The translations under genes and the position numbers were made by a program. The notes below the pieces were generated by a model. It was not told the origin of the DNA. It made no database searches and was given only the letters and a program-made list of their open reading frames with translations. Positions 59,739 to 64,000 of a DNA stretch of 64,000 bases are shown here, in pieces. Location of the stretch: positions 17,670,001 through 17,734,000 of the forward strand of contig JBHGNT010000013.1 of the NCBI GenBank assembly GCA_043228905.1. The letters are read 5' to 3'. How positions within the stretch are numbered: position 1 is the stretch's first letter; every line of letters begins with the position of its first letter. The DNA comes from Azolla caroliniana. Taxonomy: Eukaryota > Plantae > Polypodiophyta.

Positions 59739-60149
59739 TGTAGAAAGTAGCGTGCGGAAGCAAGTATGAAGACCGAACAGAAAGGAAAAAAACTCAGGTT
59801 TAATGGAGAGCTTGAGCTTACACGGTATACGCAAAGAGAGAGAAACACGAAAGAGACAGAAAGAGAGAGAAACACGAAAACCTATATTCAACAATAATAC
59901 TCGATCTGTACATAAGACGTGCTTCAGAGAGCACTTTTATACAAGTCCTAGAAGGACCGACCGAAGTATTGACAGTACTTCAATACTCATTAAGAGCTCC
60001 TACACTAACTCCCAAATATATTCCTCATGGAATATCTTTCCTAACGGCCTCCCGGTTTACGCACTCGGCCTAACCGATCAGTCCCAACCGATCCGGTCCT
60101 CGGCTTCTTCAACCGATCCGGCCAATGTTGAGAGCCTTGTCTCTCAACA
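59739..60149 (-). repeat. 5' LTR of the copia element (411 bp)
   Basis: On minus TGTTGAGAG...CTTTCTACA; directly abuts the PBS; TATAAAAG near 59935-59942. Confidence 0.93.
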
Positions 60150-60853
60150 GTTATGGACATATCATTTGATCTAAGCCAACTACATATCTAGACCATACAT
60201 GGTGGTATAGGACACAACAAGGGTTTAGGGATTGTCTCAAATCATCCACGACACGGTGTACTTTATGTTGAACAATGGTGTGGTTTTTAGATTTTGTTAT
60301 TTCACTTTGACATGTTAAAATATATTGCTAGCATTCTTTCCCTCATCATTCCTTTCAATGTTCAAAACATATTTAACTATCTCAAACTTAATAAGACATT
60401 TATTATTATTAGTTTGGTTGGAAATGTACCCTCTTTTTGCTACTCAATAACATTCCAAGGAGACCTTATGCCTACACATTCATTTGAACCCAACCACTCT
60501 CTCTTGAACTTCCTATCATTGTGTGCTATTTTGGCCTATTCCACTTGTCTTTGTCCACTTCCTTACTACAATTTTTTGTTTGATGATAAAAAGAGAGAGT
60601 AGAATCGTGCCAAAGTTAAGTCTACAAATCTTTCTCCCATATTGGATTCTACTTACCTCTAGATGTACAAGAAAAATCTTCACTGTTTGCTTAGTCTTTT
60701 GTGCTACTAAACATAGATGTTGATTATTGTTCTCCACATCTATTTCTACTCTTTGTCTTCCCAAATTCATGGGAGTGGGGAATCTTCCTTGAGAATGCGT
60801 TAATGGTAAACACCAATATGTCATTTTGCAAACTCAAAATTAGAGATAACATT

Positions 60854-62000
60854 TAGCGATGGGCACGGTTCGGTTCAATTTCAAGGCATAGAAACTGAAC
60901 CGTTTATTTAAAACCAAAACCAAACCAAACCGTTTATGAACTCTCAGTATTTAAACCAAAGCATTTAAGAAACAGTTGAAACAAACCATTTAAAACCAAA
61001 CCGTTTAGGGAAAAGTTGAAACCAAACCGAACCATTTAATAAAAAATTTAAACCTAACCTCTTAAGTCAAACTAATTAAACGTCTAAATAAACAAAAATA
61101 CATTAAATTAAATAAACATTTAAGTTAAATTTATTAAATCAATAAAAAAAGCTTTAATTGAACCATTAAATTAAATAAACATTTAAGTTAAATTTATTAA
61201 ATCAATAAAAAAAGCTTTAATTGAACCATTAAATTAAATAAACATTTAAGTTAAATTAATTAAAGCATTAAATCAATAAATTATTAAGGTAAAGGAAAAG
61301 TTAACCAAAAACCTATAAGCCTTTAAACCAAACCTATAAACCTATATATCCGAGTTTTAGAACCGAATTGAACCATTTATCGAAAATCCAATCCAAACCA
61401 AACCATTAAAAATTTTGGAACCAATAAACCGTTAAACCTAGCAATGGGCACGATTTAGGCTCAAACCGAACCGAACCGTTAAGCCATGGTTTAACGGTTT
61501 TTTGGTTCTAGAAAAATTTAATGGTTTGGTTTGGTTTAGATTTTCGATAAACGGTTTGGTTCGGTTCTGAAACTTGGGTTTATAGGTTTGGTTTAAAGGT
61601 TTATAGGTTTTTGGTTAACTTTTGTTTTATCTTAATAGTTTATTGATTTAATAAATTTAACTTAAATGTTTATTTAATTTAATGGTTCAATTAAAGTTTT
61701 TTTTATTGATTCAATAAATTTAACTTAAATGCTTATTTAATTTAATGTATTTTTGTTTATTTAGATGTTTAATTAGTTTAATTTAGTGCTTAGGTTTAAA
61801 TTTTTTATTAAATGGTTTGGTTTGGTTTCAACTTTTCCCTAAACGGTTTGGTTTGGTTTATGTTTTAAATAAACGGTTCAGCTCGGTTTCTTTGCCTTGA
61901 AACCGAACCAAACCAAAACCGAACTGAACCGCGCCGATTGGTAGTTAAACCATGGTTTAACAGTTCGGTTCAGTTTGAGCCGAAACCGTGCCCATTGCTA
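60854..62000. mobile_element. hAT-type MITE (outer copy) carrying an inverted copy of its own family
   Basis: TIR TAGCGATGGGCACGG / CCGTGCCCATTGCTA; flanks ATAACATT / ATAAACATT; internal 63-bp tandem repeat at 61101, 61164 and 61227. Confidence 0.88.
61439..61943. mobile_element. hAT-type MITE (inner, inverted copy)
   Basis: Ends TAGCAATGGGCACG / CGCGCCGATTGGTA. Perfect 8-bp TSD GTTAAACC (61431-61438, 61944-61951). Sequence is the reverse complement of the outer element. Confidence 0.9.
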
Positions 62001-64000
62001 ATAAACATTATGACAAATTTCTCTTTAAGGTTGTTGAATAGAGAATAAAGGTGTGCATAGAAACAATTACTCAACTAAGATGAAGCTCTATCATGGGATA
62101 CCCACAAAAACAAGAAAAGAAAATCACCTAAAAAAATAGAGCAAGTGTGAAATTTTACAATTTTCTACAATGGGATGATATGTTTACTAGGCCGTACCCC
62201 ATCCTTCTTAGAAATAAGGGAAATATTGTAAACTTATGAAATCTTAATAAGTTGCCACAATGGTGATGTGGGTGACTGATGATAATAAACCCTAAACCTA
62301 TGAAATAAGGACATTGGCCTGGTTATATAAGGCCACAACCTAGGTGTGTTTTACGTGGCCCTAACATATCCTTCTTAGACATCAAGTAGATCTTGCAAAA
62401 TTATGAAGCCTTAATAGATTGCCACATCACTAACATGGGTGACATGTTCAATGTTCACAAAGAGCCAAGTGGGTCTTATGGTCGAACCAAAGCACACAAG
62501 GAGGAAATGAGGGAAGAATAAGGAAACATAAATAATGTTGAGATTTAGAAAAGTAAAGTAAAGAAAATATGCTTGGAAAGCATTCTATCTCTTTTTGTTA
62601 ATCTCCGGAAAGGGGAGTTATGAGGACCTTCAATGGGTCTTTTTGGATGAGGAAAGGATTGAGTGAGAAAGGGATTAGTAAAGGGGAAAAGTAAATAAAT
62701 TAAAGGAGATATAAGACAAGGTAGAAAATATACTTTTCATCCAAAAATATTTATCGTGGTGTGTTAGAGCAATATGTTTTCATTGAAGATATCTAGGCTT
62801 ATAGCCCTTAATTTTTAGAGCTATTAAGAAAGTATACTTTTCATCCTAAACATTTGACGTGGCTTGTTGGAACAAGATGTTTTCATTGAAGATATATATG
62901 CTTATTGCTTTTAAATTTAAGTGTAATTGAGATTATGATGTCACTTTCACACGTCATTAAGTTATGAAAATATATTAACACTTGTCTTGACATGTGTTAC
63001 AACTTACAATGTTTTGCCAACTTTATACTTGCATTAGGTTTATTCGCTTCCGGAGCAACTCATTCTTGTCTTGGCTTTTCACGAGGATTAAGGCTTTTGT
63101 CAATGAAGTTGCTCTATTTCAACCGATTTCCTTTTCTTATTTATATTTCATATTGAGACAACAATGGAACAACCACATTGATATTGTACTTTCACAATGT
63201 TACTCATATCATCTATATGATCACATGGGCCCCATTGAAAACTTTTTACTTCTCAAGCTAAATAGCGCCACACGTTGTGGCATCGCTAGTGGAACGTGGC
63301 TCATGATGATTCACAAAATATCCAAATGCTAACAGAGGAACTTGGAAGAGTCTTTGCCTTCATAAAGTGTCCAAATTCTGTCCAAAGAAGAGTCTTTGCT
63401 CCTAAATAAATATCAAAATGCTCTAAGAGGAAGTCTTGTCTCACAAAATTATTAAAATGCTCAAGGATGAAAGTAGTGAATGAGTTTGTTTGTGTTGGGC
63501 TGCTAAAAGTGGGGACGATATGAGGAAGGATGCAACTTTTTTCCACCAATGAAGAATATACAACTTTATAAGTCGACCCGTCAAAGATTTTGATTGACAA
63601 AGAAGTGGCGATGGCAATACGTATTAACAAGGGAAACTTGCAAGGCCAACGCGAACAAGGTAAACTCTCGTGACAAAATTCGAGGAACAATGAAAAGCTA
63701 GTTTTAAATACCATTCTAACAACAAGATAAGTGTGAGCACGTCTTCCCGTAAAGCGAAAATTTCGACACAAGTGTGAACCAAAGGCTTAGAGTGAAAAGA
63801 GGTGGTCGTGAGATGGCGAGAAGGGGAACGGACAAAATGTGGACATGGGCGAGAGGGGAGTGCATGGGGCCGAAAGGAACGTCGGAGAAAGCTCTGTGTG
63901 TGTGTGTGTGTGTTGGTGGGTTGTTGCGCGACCACGTGAGGCGTACGCGTGCGTGTGAACGAGGGACAAGCAAAGATATGGTTGAACAAGTCAACAAGGC

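Larger units (their letters stand above)
54994..60149 (-). mobile_element. Ty1/copia LTR retrotransposon with truncated 3' LTR
   Basis: TSD GTTAT (54989-54993, 60150-60154). 5' LTR 59739-60149 with TG...CA ends. PBS TGGTATCAGAGC at 59727-59738. 3' LTR homology only over 54994-55187. Order gag-PR-INT-RT-RH. Confidence 0.96.

Overview
Eukaryotic nuclear DNA from a land plant. The retroelement types suggest a non-seed plant such as a fern, but this is inference only. Four spliced genes can be reconstructed exon by exon: two convergent RLCK-VII kinases (a PBL/APK1-like gene on + at ~17.5-22.1 kb and a PBS1/PBL27-like gene on - at 24.7-29.0 kb), and a divergent pair of RABB1/Rab2 (-, 34.2-41.3 kb) and translin (+, 47.4-51.4 kb). 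There are two near-complete LTR retrotransposons. One is a chromodomain Ty3/gypsy element (2832-9883, TSD GTTGG, LTRs differing at 3 of 466 nt, non-canonical TG...TA ends) inserted in a decayed L1. The other is a Ty1/copia element (54994-60149, TSD GTTAT, truncated 3' LTR). Several hAT-type MITEs with 8-bp TSDs, older gypsy/LINE/hAT relics and many tandem repeats fill the rest. The most unusual signals are: a regularly spaced array of five GAGGT-N4-ACCTC hairpins in the 1.6-kb gypsy leader; a MITE inserted in inverted orientation into a copy of its own family; the same small MITE upstream of both genes of the Rab/translin pair; a transit-peptide-like extension on translin; and a Q/N-repeat N-terminal region in one kinase. 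All calls are by eye; no database searches were run.
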